A program made the translations under genes and the position numbers. A stretch of DNA of 64,000 bases. It comes from Rubrivivax sp. GTDB lineage: Bacteria > Pseudomonadota > Gammaproteobacteria > Burkholderiales > Burkholderiaceae_C. Below are positions 54,673 through 63,814 of the stretch, in pieces. Positions within the stretch are counted from its first letter, which is position 1, and the number at the start of each line of letters is the position of its first letter. Under the pieces are notes generated by a model that worked only from the letters and a program-made list of their open reading frames with translations, ran no database searches and had not been told where the DNA came from. The stretch spans positions 23,127 to 87,126 of the forward strand of contig JAXMEV010000013.1 of NCBI GenBank assembly GCA_046348125.1. Reading direction: 5' to 3'.

Positions 54673-55884
54673 ATGAAGCATGCGAAGTCAATCGTGCTGG
54701 CCGTCGGCGCCGGCGTCCTCGCCTTCGGCGCCTGGGCGCAGGGCGAACCCGGGGTCACCGACACGTCGATCAAGATCGGCCTGTTCAGCCCGCTGTCGGG
54801 CAGCGCCATGGCCTACGGCTTCGACGTCGTGAACGCGGCCAAGATGTATTACGACAAGGTCAACAAGGACGGCGGCGTCCACGGCCGCAAGATCGAGCTG
54901 GTGGTCGAGGACGATCGCTGCAACGCCAACGACCTGCTCGCCGCGATCAAGAAGCTCACCGAGCAGGACAAGGTGTTCATGCTCAACGGCGGCTCGTGCT
55001 CGGCGGCCGTCGTGGCCGCGCGCGAATACGTCGAGCGCTCGCAGATCCCCTTCCTGATGCTCAACGCCTCGGGCGACGGCGTGCTGTACCCGCCCTCGAA
55101 GTACATCTACGGCGCGTTCTCGATCTCGCAGTATGCCGTCGGCGGATCGATGGTCCAGTTCGCGGCCGAGCACTTCAAGGCCAAGAGCATCGGCTACATC
55201 AACCACGACGACGCCTACGGCTCGTGGAACCTGACGGCGGCACAGTTCCAGGCCAAGAAGGTGGGCGTCGGCCTGCAGGTGCAGTCGGTCAACCCGAACA
55301 TCACCGACGTGACGGCGCCGATGCTGAAGATCCGCGCCGCCAATCCCGACGTGCTGCTGATCACGACCTACGCGCGCCCGGTGGGACTGCTGGTGAAGAA
55401 GGCGCACGAGCTGGGCTGGACCAAGCCGATCGTCATCGCGGTCAACGGCACCGCCGACCTCAAGCAACTGGTCGAGAACGTCGGCACCAAGGACGCATTC
55501 AAGAACGTGTACCTACAGGAAGTCATGCTCGACGTGCCCGGCGGCGCCAAGCTCAAGTGGGTGTACGACATGTACAAGTCCTACTACCCCGAGCTCGCCG
55601 CCAAGCCCGGGCATCCGCAGACCTACATGCCCTACGGCATCCCGTCGGCGATGACGGTGGTCAACGCCCTCAAGGCCGCCGGGCCGCAGCTCACGCGCGA
55701 GAAGTTCCTCAAGGCGGTGTCGCAGACCAACTTCGACTCCAAGGTGATGGCTGGCCCGATCGTGCTGACCGAGACCGACCACGCCGCGCAGAAGGCGGCG
55801 ATCTACCTGAAGTTCGACGGCGACACGACGAGCGCGCTGCCGGGCACCTTCGCCAGTGCCTGGAAGTACGAGGCGGGCAAGTAG
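54673..55884 (+). CDS. Liv-type ABC transporter substrate-binding protein
   Basis: Signal peptide, GVTDTSIKIG, PLSG, GGVHGRKIELVVEDD. Confidence 0.9.
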   Translation: MKHAKSIVLAVGAGVLAFGAWAQGEPGVTDTSIKIGLFSPLSGSAMAYGFDVVNAAKMYYDKVNKDGGVHGRKIELVVEDDRCNANDLLAAIKKLTEQDKVFMLNGGSCSAAVVAAREYVERSQIPFLMLNASGDGVLYPPSKYIYGAFSISQYAVGGSMVQFAAEHFKAKSIGYINHDDAYGSWNLTAAQFQAKKVGVGLQVQSVNPNITDVTAPMLKIRAANPDVLLITTYARPVGLLVKKAHELGWTKPIVIAVNGTADLKQLVENVGTKDAFKNVYLQEVMLDVPGGAKLKWVYDMYKSYYPELAAKPGHPQTYMPYGIPSAMTVVNALKAAGPQLTREKFLKAVSQTNFDSKVMAGPIVLTETDHAAQKAAIYLKFDGDTTSALPGTFASAWKYEAGK

Positions 55885-55957
55885 GGCACGCCCTCAGCAA
55901 GTCACTCCGGGGGCCGGCGCGCGCGCTCGCAGCCGCCGCGCTCCGGCTCCACGCATC

Positions 55958-56860
55958 ATGACCCTCGCCGACATCTGGTTGTTCCTGCAGCAGGGCCTCG
56001 CGTCCGGCCTCGTCACGGGCAGCGTCTACGCACTGCTGGCGCTGGCCATCGTCGCGATCTTCAAGACGACCGACGTGCCGAACTTCGCCCAGGGCGAGAT
56101 GTTCATGGTCGCCGGCTACGTGGCGATGAGCCTGCTGCTGCTCACCGGGCTGCCGTACGCACTGGTGATCCCGCTCACGCTCGTGGCGACGACGGCCGGC
56201 AGCGCGCTGTTCCAGCGCATCGTGATGGAGCGCGTGACGTCGTCGCGCGGCGTGGGCGTCCAGCTGGTGATCACCACCCTGGGCCTGGCCTACGTCCTCA
56301 AAGGCGCGGTGCGGCAGACCGGCCTGGGCGACGCGCCGCGCTCGCTGCCCTCGCTCGTCTCGAGCGATGCCGTCCAGATCGGCGAGGCGACGCTGACCCG
56401 GCTCGACCTGGCCATCTTCGTGGTGGCGGTGGTGGTGATGGCTCTCATCTACCTGATGTTCACCTACACCCGCATCGGCAAGGCGATGCGCGCGGTCGGC
56501 ATGAACCCGCGCGGAGCCCAGATCGTCGGCATCCGGCTGTCGCGCATCCGCATGCTGGTGTGGGCGATGTCGGGCCTGATCTCGGCCGTGGCGGCCCTGC
56601 TGATCACGCCCAAGGTACTGATCACGCCCGACATCGCGCACATCGCCATCCTGGCGTTCGCCGCCGCCATCGTCGGCGGCTTCACCAGCCTGCCGGGTGC
56701 GGTGCTGGGCGGCTTCGTCATCGGCGTGGTGGAGAACATGGTCGGCCTCTTCATCTCGACCAACGCGATCGTGGTGGCGCCCTTCCTGGCCATCCTGATC
56801 ACCCTCGTCGTGCGGCCGCAGGGGCTGCTGGGCGGCAAGGTGCAGGTGAAGAAGGTATGA
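55958..56860 (+). CDS. Liv-type ABC permease (LivH-like)
   Basis: NFAQGE, TRIGKAMRA, GGFTSLPGA, RPQGLLG. Confidence 0.9.
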   Translation: MTLADIWLFLQQGLASGLVTGSVYALLALAIVAIFKTTDVPNFAQGEMFMVAGYVAMSLLLLTGLPYALVIPLTLVATTAGSALFQRIVMERVTSSRGVGVQLVITTLGLAYVLKGAVRQTGLGDAPRSLPSLVSSDAVQIGEATLTRLDLAIFVVAVVVMALIYLMFTYTRIGKAMRAVGMNPRGAQIVGIRLSRIRMLVWAMSGLISAVAALLITPKVLITPDIAHIAILAFAAAIVGGFTSLPGAVLGGFVIGVVENMVGLFISTNAIVVAPFLAILITLVVRPQGLLGGKVQVKKV

Positions 56861-57771
56861 GAAAGCTCGGCTTCGACCTGCCAGCCCTGCTCGTGCTGCT
56901 GGCCGTGCTGTGCGTGCTGCCGTTCACGGCCACCGGCTACGTGCTGTACGTGGTGAACCTGTTGATGGTCTTCGTGGTGCTCGCGCTGGGCATGCACGTC
57001 GTCATCGGCGAGGCCGGCCAGTTCGCGCTGTCGCACACGGCGTTCTACGGCATCGGCATCTACACGGCCGGATTGCTCAACAACCACTTCCACCCGCCTT
57101 TCGTGCTGTCGATCGCCGCCGGCGGCCTGCTCGCGGCGCTGCTGGGCTACGTGATCGGACTGCTCGCGCTGCGCATGCGCGACATCTACCTGGCGCTGGC
57201 CACCTTCGCCTTCGGCGAGGCGATGCAGTGGGTGTTCCTCAACTGGGAGCAGGTGACGGGCGGCTCCAACGGCATGCGCATGCAGCCGGCGGAGCTGCTC
57301 GGGCTCAAGCTCACGAACGACATCCAGGCCTATCCGATCGTGATCGGTCTGACGGCGCTCATGCTGTGGGCCACGGTGCTGTTGTCGCGCTCGCAGTTCG
57401 GCTCCGCGATGCGCGCCGTGCGCGAAAGCGATGTCGCCGCCACCGCGATGGGCGTGAACGCCCGTGCCGCCAAGCAGTGGGCGTTCGCGATCTCGGCCGC
57501 CTTTGCCGGCGTCGCCGGCGGCATGTACACGCTTTTCGTTTCCTTCATCCACCCGGAGAGCCTAGGCTTCCAGACCACGATCCTGGTGCTGACGATGATC
57601 GTGGTCGGCGGCATCGGTTCGATCCGCGGCGCCGTCGCCGGAGCGATCGTGTTCGGCGTCATCTCGGAACTGCTGCGCCAGACGCTGTCGATCCAGGAAA
57701 TCATCTATGGCGCCATCCTCATGGGCTTCATGATGTTCAGGCCGCGCGGCCTGTTCGCGGGGCGCGCATGA
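56857..57771 (+). CDS. Liv-type ABC permease (LivM-like)
   Basis: AGQFALSH, YLALAT, TGGSNG, AVRES, VGGIGS. Confidence 0.9.
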   Translation: MRKLGFDLPALLVLLAVLCVLPFTATGYVLYVVNLLMVFVVLALGMHVVIGEAGQFALSHTAFYGIGIYTAGLLNNHFHPPFVLSIAAGGLLAALLGYVIGLLALRMRDIYLALATFAFGEAMQWVFLNWEQVTGGSNGMRMQPAELLGLKLTNDIQAYPIVIGLTALMLWATVLLSRSQFGSAMRAVRESDVAATAMGVNARAAKQWAFAISAAFAGVAGGMYTLFVSFIHPESLGFQTTILVLTMIVVGGIGSIRGAVAGAIVFGVISELLRQTLSIQEIIYGAILMGFMMFRPRGLFAGRA

Positions 57772-58529
57772 CGGCGCCCCTGCTCGAGGTGCGCGGCATC
57801 ACCGTCACGTTCGGCGGCCTGACGGCCGTCGACGACCTGTCGTTCCAGGTTCGTAAAGGCACCGTGCACGCCCTCATCGGACCGAACGGCGCCGGCAAGT
57901 CGACGGTCTTCAACTGCATCTCGCGCTACTACCGCCCGGCGCGGGGCAGCATCTTGCTGGACGGACAGGACATCCTCGGCATCCGGGGCGACCGCATGGC
58001 GCGGCTGGGCGTGGCACGCACCTTCCAGAATCTCGAGCTGTTCGCGGAGCTGAGCGTGTACGAGAACGTCCTGCTCGGCTGCTACGCGCACAGCGCCAGC
58101 ACCATCGCACGCCTGCTGCGCCGCCCCGACGCGCGGACCCGCGAACTGGTCGACGGCCTGATCGAGCGCGTGGGCCTCGCCAAGGAGCGCGAGACGCGGG
58201 CGCGCGAGCTCGACTTCGGGCGCCAGAAGCTGCTCGAGCTGGCGCGCGCGCTCGCCCTCAGGCCGCGCCTGCTCCTGCTCGACGAGCCGGCGGCGGGCCT
58301 GCGCAACCGCGACATCGAGAGCCTCGACCGCCTGCTCAGCGAGCTGGCGAGCCGCGACGGCATCACGGTGCTGCTGGTCGAACACGTGATGCAGCTGGTG
58401 ATGTCGATCTCGCACCGAATCACCGTCATGTCGTTCGGGCAGAAGATCGCCGAAGGCACGCCGCAAGAGGTCAGCCGGGACCCTGCCGTGATCGAGGCCT
58501 ACCTGGGCAAGGGAGCGGCCGGTGCCTGA
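57768..58529 (+). CDS. Liv-type ABC ATPase (LivG-like)
   Basis: GPNGAGKST, ARTFQN, LLDEPAAG, EAYLG. Confidence 0.92.
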   Translation: MTAPLLEVRGITVTFGGLTAVDDLSFQVRKGTVHALIGPNGAGKSTVFNCISRYYRPARGSILLDGQDILGIRGDRMARLGVARTFQNLELFAELSVYENVLLGCYAHSASTIARLLRRPDARTRELVDGLIERVGLAKERETRARELDFGRQKLLELARALALRPRLLLLDEPAAGLRNRDIESLDRLLSELASRDGITVLLVEHVMQLVMSISHRITVMSFGQKIAEGTPQEVSRDPAVIEAYLGKGAAGA

Positions 58530-59244
58530 GACCCCGCTGCTCCAGGTGCGCGGCGTGAGCGCCTTCTACGGCGCGATCCAGGCGCTGCACGACGTCTCGC
58601 TGGAAGTGCCGCAGGGCTCGATCGTGGCGCTGCTGGGCAGCAACGGCGCGGGCAAGAGCACGACGCTCAACGCCATCTCGCGGCTGATCGAGGCTTCGGG
58701 CGGCGACATCGCCTTCGATGGCCGCTCGATCCGGCGGCTGCACTCCGACCAGATCGTGCGGCGCGGCCTGGTGCAGGTGCCCGAGGGTCGGCAGGTCTTC
58801 AAGGACATGAGCGTGCGCGAGAACCTCGAGCTCGGCGCCTTCCTGCGCCGCGGCCGGCGCGAAGTGGCGGAGGATTTCGAGCGCGTGTGCGCGATGTTCC
58901 CGCGTCTCGCGGAGCGCGCCGAGCAGCGCGCCTCCACGCTGTCCGGCGGCGAGCAGCAGATGCTGGCCATCGCGCGCGCGCTGATGGCGCGGCCGCGCAT
59001 GATCCTGCTCGACGAGCCCTCGATGGGCCTGTCGCCGCTGCTCGTCGAGCAGATCTTCGAGAGCATCCGGCGCCTGAACCGCGAGCAGGGGCTGACGATC
59101 CTGCTGGTGGAACAGGACGTCCGGCTGGCGTTGCAGGTCTCGAGCTACGCCTACATCCTCGAGAACGGGGAGATCGGCCTGCACGGCCCGTCGGGCGAGC
59201 TCGCCAACGATCCGGCCGTGCGACGCGCCTACCTCGGGATGTGA
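58522..59244 (+). CDS. Liv-type ABC ATPase (LivF-like)
   Basis: GSNGAGKST, VPEGR, LSGGEQQML, DEPSMGL. Confidence 0.92.
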   Translation: MPETPLLQVRGVSAFYGAIQALHDVSLEVPQGSIVALLGSNGAGKSTTLNAISRLIEASGGDIAFDGRSIRRLHSDQIVRRGLVQVPEGRQVFKDMSVRENLELGAFLRRGRREVAEDFERVCAMFPRLAERAEQRASTLSGGEQQMLAIARALMARPRMILLDEPSMGLSPLLVEQIFESIRRLNREQGLTILLVEQDVRLALQVSSYAYILENGEIGLHGPSGELANDPAVRRAYLGM

Positions 59245-59247
59245 GAC

Positions 59248-59982
59248 ATGGTCGCAGGCGGATCGATGGCATTGGTCACGGGCGGCGCCAGCGGCATGGG
59301 TCTGGCGACCGTCGAACGCTTGGCGCGCGACGGCTTCACGGTCGTTCTGGTCGATCGCGACGAGGCGCCGGCCCGACGCGAATCGAACCGGCTGCAGGCG
59401 CTGGGCCTGGAGGTGCAGACACGGGTCGTCGACCTCACCGACGAGGCGGCCGTGCGCCGCATGGTGCAGGAGCTGGCGCCGATCGCGGCGCTGGTGAACA
59501 ACGCCGGCGTGTTCGACGAACGGCGGTTCATGGACGTCAGAAACGACGACTTCCGGCGCGTCTACGAGATCAACCTGATCGCCGCCGCGACGCTGACGCA
59601 GGAGGTCGCGCGGCGCATGCCCGACGGCGGCCGCATCGTGAACATCGCGTCACGCGCCTATCTCGGCGCGCGCAACCATCCGCACTACGTCGCGTCCAAG
59701 GCGGCACTGGTGGGCTACACGCGCGCCAGCGCCATGGAGCTCGCGCCGCGCGGCATCCTGGTCAACGCCATCGCGCCGGGGCTGATCGATACGCCGCTGC
59801 TGCGCACGCTGTCTGCCGATCGGCTGGCCGCGCAGCTGGCCTTGCAGCCCACCGGCACGATGGGCCGACCGGAGGACATCGCCCACGCCGTGTCCTTTCT
59901 CGTCTCGCCGCGCACGGGCTTCATCACCGGACAGGTGCTGTTCGTCGACGGCGGCAAGTCGCTCGGCGGCTCGGGCGCGTGA
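59248..59982 (+). CDS. SDR family oxidoreductase
   Basis: TGGASGMG, NNAG, YVASK, NAIAPG. Confidence 0.9.
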   Translation: MVAGGSMALVTGGASGMGLATVERLARDGFTVVLVDRDEAPARRESNRLQALGLEVQTRVVDLTDEAAVRRMVQELAPIAALVNNAGVFDERRFMDVRNDDFRRVYEINLIAAATLTQEVARRMPDGGRIVNIASRAYLGARNHPHYVASKAALVGYTRASAMELAPRGILVNAIAPGLIDTPLLRTLSADRLAAQLALQPTGTMGRPEDIAHAVSFLVSPRTGFITGQVLFVDGGKSLGGSGA

Positions 59983-60009
59983 GGCAAGCTGCCGTGGCGC
60001 GGCCGCCGC

Positions 60010-60528
60010 TCAGTCGCTCGGCCTGCCCACCGTCACCCGGGAAGGCGGCCGTTGCGCCTCGCGCAGGATCTGCCGCGCCTCTTCGCTGCCGTCGAGCAGG
60101 CGGTTGGTGCGCTTCATGACGCGCCATCCCTCGCCCTCGAAGCGCCGCAGGTCCCAGCGCGAGGCGATCAGGCGCACCAGCACGAAGCGGCCGTCCTCGC
60201 GCGCGTACAGGGTGCCGTAATGGGTGGCGGTGGCGCGGTCGCCCTCGATCACGACGTGCGCCGGCGTGCCGGCGTGCGCCGAGCCCTGCCGCACGAGCTG
60301 CCGGTGGAAGTCGGTCTCGTAGACCTGCCGCATGCGCTCGTGGCCCTCGTAGCGGTCGATGCCGCCGACGTCGTAGACGCAGTCCTCGTGCCAGGCGCCC
60401 AGGATCTCGTCGACGTTGCAGCTGTCGGCCGCCGGGCCGTAGGCGGCGATCAACTGCTGGATCTCGAGGTGATCCTCGAGGCGGCGCAGCCGCTGCTCCA
60501 GCGTCAGCGCTTCGGGTGTCAGCTTCAT
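60010..60528 (-). CDS. NTF2/SnoaL-like domain protein
   Basis: LEQRLRRLED..EI.QL..Y...D, H.....V.IEGDRA, W....R pattern. Confidence 0.8.
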   Translation of the reverse strand: MKLTPEALTLEQRLRRLEDHLEIQQLIAAYGPAADSCNVDEILGAWHEDCVYDVGGIDRYEGHERMRQVYETDFHRQLVRQGSAHAGTPAHVVIEGDRATATHYGTLYAREDGRFVLVRLIASRWDLRRFEGEGWRVMKRTNRLLDGSEEARQILREAQRPPSRVTVGRPSD

Positions 60529-60572
60529 CGTGGGCCTCGGCTATATCGCATCACGTCACGGACGCAGGGCAT

Positions 60573-60584
60573 TGTGTATACACA
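60573..60584. promoter_or_regulatory. Palindromic operator TGTGTATACACA (putative GntR site)
   Basis: Perfect 12-bp palindrome in the SnoaL/racemase divergent promoter. Confidence 0.65.
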
Positions 60585-60758
60585 CCGATGCCGCCGTGCC
60601 CGGGGATTACCCGTTGCGAACGCCGGCCTGGCAACGCGAACCGGAGGGCATGTGTACGTGATGCGGCATCGCGAGGGCCTGTCCGCCTGCGTCGCGCCGC
60701 TGGCCGGCGCCGCGACCGGTTCATCCCGTCGCTGATGCGCGGCTCCCGGGTCCGACTC

Positions 60759-61562
60759 ATGGCATTGCGCATCTGGTTCCAGTCGACGGTCGAGATCGCC
60801 AGCTATCACAGCTACCGGCAGGCGCTCGAGGCCCAGTTCGTGCTCGCGGCGCCCGAAGTCGAGGTGGCGCTGCACGGCGTGCCCGAGGGCACCTGGGGCG
60901 GCCTGTCACCGAGCCAGGTCATGCACGCGCCCTACGCCAACCACAAGATCCTCAGCGACGTGCTGTTCGAGCAGCTGCGTCGCGCCGAGCGCGAGGGCTT
61001 CGACGCCTTCGTGCTGGGCTCGTTCACCGAGCCGTGGCTGCGCGAGCTGCGCTCGCTCACCGACCTGCCCGTCGTCTCCACCGCCGAGGCCGCGGTGCAC
61101 GTGGCCTGTTCGGTGGCGCACCAGTTCGCCCTCGTCACGATGAACGTGGAGAACGAGTGGTTCCAGCGCGTCAACATGCAGGCGCGCCGTCTGGATGGCC
61201 GCATCAGCGGCATCTACGTCGTGCGGCCCGAGGCCACCGAGCGCGAGATCGACTCCCTGTTCACCGATCCCTCGGCCTATCTGGCGCGCTTTGCCGAGGT
61301 GGCGCGCAGCGCGATTGCCCAATGCGCCGATGCCATCATCCCCTCCGAGGGCCTGGTGGCCACGGTGGTGGCGCGCAGCGGCCTGAAGGAAATCGACGGC
61401 GTGCCGATCGTCGATCCGATCGCCGCGGCCGTCCTCTATGCCGAGATGCTCGCCAAGCTGCACCGGCGCACCGGCCTCAGACCGGGGCGCCGCTGGCACT
61501 ACGCCAAGCCGACCGCCGCCGTGCAGGCCTTCATCGACGGCAAGCGCCGCGGCATCGGCTGA
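60759..61562 (+). CDS. Asp/Glu/hydantoin racemase family protein 1
   Basis: MALRIWFQS, AEREGFDAFVLGSFTEP, ELRSL.D.PVVS, DGVPIVD. Confidence 0.8.
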   Translation: MALRIWFQSTVEIASYHSYRQALEAQFVLAAPEVEVALHGVPEGTWGGLSPSQVMHAPYANHKILSDVLFEQLRRAEREGFDAFVLGSFTEPWLRELRSLTDLPVVSTAEAAVHVACSVAHQFALVTMNVENEWFQRVNMQARRLDGRISGIYVVRPEATEREIDSLFTDPSAYLARFAEVARSAIAQCADAIIPSEGLVATVVARSGLKEIDGVPIVDPIAAAVLYAEMLAKLHRRTGLRPGRRWHYAKPTAAVQAFIDGKRRGIG

Positions 61563-61627
61563 CGCCGCCTGCCGCCTGACTCTGCCCATCCGCCCCGCCC
61601 ATCTGCCCTGCCCACGAAGGCAAGCCC

Positions 61628-62413
61628 ATGAAGATCTGGTACCAGTCGACGCTCAACTTCGCACACCACCCGAACTACGAGAAGGCCCTCGCGGCGCACT
61701 TCGAGCGCGTCGCCGGGCCCGACACCGAGGTCGTCCTGAACGGCCGCAAGACGGCCTTCGGCAGTGCGCTCGGCACGCACGACGTGATCGGCTCGCCGAT
61801 CATGTACCACGCGATCGTGGCGCCGGCCTTCGTCGAGTCCGTGCTGGCCGCGGAGCAGGCGGGCGCAGACGCGTTCGTGGTGGCCTCGTTCAGCGAGCCC
61901 ATCCTCCCCGAGCTGCGTTCGCTGGCCGGCATCCCGGTGGTGTCGATGCCGGAGGCCTGTTTCATGGCGGCGGCGATGAGCGCACCGCGCGTCGGCTTCG
62001 TCACCCTCAACCGGCTGGTCATCCCCTACATCGAGAAGTCGATCGCCCTGCACAAGTGGAAGGAGCGCGTGAGCGGCGTCCACCTCATCCAGGGCGAGGT
62101 CTCGGAGGCCGAGCTCGACACCAAGTTCGCGGACCCCGGCCCCTATCTCGATCGCCTCGTCGCCGGCGCACGCGAGGCCATCGCCGCCGGTGCGCAGGTG
62201 GTGATTCCCGCCGAGGGCGTGCTGGGCGTCATGGCGGCCGAGAACGGCCTGCGCGAGGTCGACGGCGTCCCCGTCATCGACGCCATCGGCACGCCGATCC
62301 TGGTGGCCGAACTCGCGGTCGCGCTGCGCCAGCGCACCGGGGTCGCACAGAGCCGGGCCGCCTACCGGGCGCCGAGCGCCGCGGCGCGCGCGCTTCTCGT
62401 CCCCGGTCGCTGA
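61628..62413 (+). CDS. Asp/Glu/hydantoin racemase family protein 2
   Basis: MKIWYQS, AEQAGADAFVVASFSEP, ELRSL..IPVVS, DGVPVID. Confidence 0.8.
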   Translation: MKIWYQSTLNFAHHPNYEKALAAHFERVAGPDTEVVLNGRKTAFGSALGTHDVIGSPIMYHAIVAPAFVESVLAAEQAGADAFVVASFSEPILPELRSLAGIPVVSMPEACFMAAAMSAPRVGFVTLNRLVIPYIEKSIALHKWKERVSGVHLIQGEVSEAELDTKFADPGPYLDRLVAGAREAIAAGAQVVIPAEGVLGVMAAENGLREVDGVPVIDAIGTPILVAELAVALRQRTGVAQSRAAYRAPSAAARALLVPGR

Positions 62414-62568
62414 CGCGGTCGCGCAGTGCTTGCACACGATCCGGGGGGTGGGATGAACGTACGGCAGCGTGATGGGTCAGGCGGCCGAATCGTGGTTCAT
62501 CGCAGCAGTCCTGGGCGGCACGCTGCCGGTGCGTGTGCACGCCATTACATACACTCGCAACGCTTTGC

Positions 62569-63780
62569 CCGGAGATGCCGCCGATGAAGCCCGCCTTTGC
62601 CTGGGATGACCCCTTTCGCCTCGACGAGCAGCTGAGCGAGGACGAACGCGCCGTGCGCGACGCCGCGCGCGCGTACTGCCAGGACAAGCTGCAGCCGCGC
62701 GTGCTGCTGGCCGCGCGCCACGAGCACTTCGAGCGCGAGATCATGACCGAGATGGGCGCGCTCGGCCTGCTCGGCAGCACGATCGAGGGCTACGGCTGCG
62801 CCGGCCTCAACCATGTCTGCTACGGCCTGGTCGCGCGCGAGGTCGAGCGCGTCGACAGCGGCTACCGCAGCGCGATGAGCGTGCAGAGCTCGCTCGTCAT
62901 GCACCCGATCCACGCCTACGGCAGCCCGGCGCAGCGTCAGAAATACCTGCCCCGCCTGGCCAGCGGCGAGTGGATCGGCTGCTTTGGCCTGACCGAGCCC
63001 GACCACGGCAGCGACCCGGCCGGCATGACGACGCGCGCGCGGCCGGTCGACGGCGGCTACCGGCTCACGGGCGCCAAGATGTGGATCACCAACAGCCCGA
63101 TCGCCGACGTCTTCGTCGTCTGGGCCAAGCTGGCCGACCCCGACGGCAAGGTGGGCGGCCAGGAGAGCATCCACGGCTTCATCCTCGACAAGGGCATGAA
63201 GGGCCTCGCGGCGCCCAAGATCGAGGGCAAGATGAGCCTGCGCGCCAGCATCACCGGCGAGATCGTGATGGACGACGTGTTCGTTCCGGCCGAGAACCTG
63301 CTGCCCGGCGTCAACGGCCTCAAGGGCCCGTTCGGCTGCCTGAACAAGGCGCGCTACGGCATCGCCTGGGGCGCGCTGGGCGCGGCCGAGTTCTGCTGGC
63401 ACGCGGCACGCCGCTACACGCTCGAGCGCAAGCAGTTCGGCCGCCCGCTGGCGCAGAACCAGCTCATCCAGAAGAAGCTCGCCGACATGATGACCGAGAT
63501 CGCGCTCGGCCTGCAGGGCTGCCTGCGCGTGGGCCGCCTGCTCGACGAAGGCAAGGCGGCGCCGGAGATGATCAGCCTGGTCAAGCGCAACAGCTGCGGC
63601 AAGGCGCTCGACGTGGCGCGCCTGGCGCGCGACATGCACGGCGGCAACGGCATCCACGACGAGTTCCACGTCATCCGCCACATGATCAACCTCGAGACGG
63701 TGAACACCTACGAGGGCACGCACGACGTGCACGCGCTCATCCTCGGGCGCGCCTGCACCGGGCTGCAGGCGTTCTTCTGA
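62569..63780 (+). repeat. Right 1.2-kb direct repeat (gcdH) bounding the island
   Basis: Near-identical to 29095-30306, same orientation, offset 33474 bp. Confidence 0.95.
62575..63780 (+). CDS. gcdH: Glutaryl-CoA dehydrogenase, copy 2
   Basis: Same protein as 29101-30306 except three residues (V/M, S/A, S/A). Confidence 0.93.
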   Translation: MPPMKPAFAWDDPFRLDEQLSEDERAVRDAARAYCQDKLQPRVLLAARHEHFEREIMTEMGALGLLGSTIEGYGCAGLNHVCYGLVAREVERVDSGYRSAMSVQSSLVMHPIHAYGSPAQRQKYLPRLASGEWIGCFGLTEPDHGSDPAGMTTRARPVDGGYRLTGAKMWITNSPIADVFVVWAKLADPDGKVGGQESIHGFILDKGMKGLAAPKIEGKMSLRASITGEIVMDDVFVPAENLLPGVNGLKGPFGCLNKARYGIAWGALGAAEFCWHAARRYTLERKQFGRPLAQNQLIQKKLADMMTEIALGLQGCLRVGRLLDEGKAAPEMISLVKRNSCGKALDVARLARDMHGGNGIHDEFHVIRHMINLETVNTYEGTHDVHALILGRACTGLQAFF

Positions 63781-63814
63781 TTCGCCCGACGCCGCCGGCA
63801 GCCAGCGCACCACG

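Larger units (their letters stand above)
30307..62568. mobile_element. 32-kb catabolic genomic island bounded by gcdH direct repeats; no integrase seen
   Basis: Accessory catabolic and transport genes only, between duplicated gcdH copies; core-like msrA on the left and YdcF-like gene on the right. Confidence 0.65.

Noticed and set aside
30307-62568. Prophage, ICE or transposon interpretation of the island
   Set aside because: No integrase, transposase, relaxase, phage genes, tRNA or short att repeats were seen.
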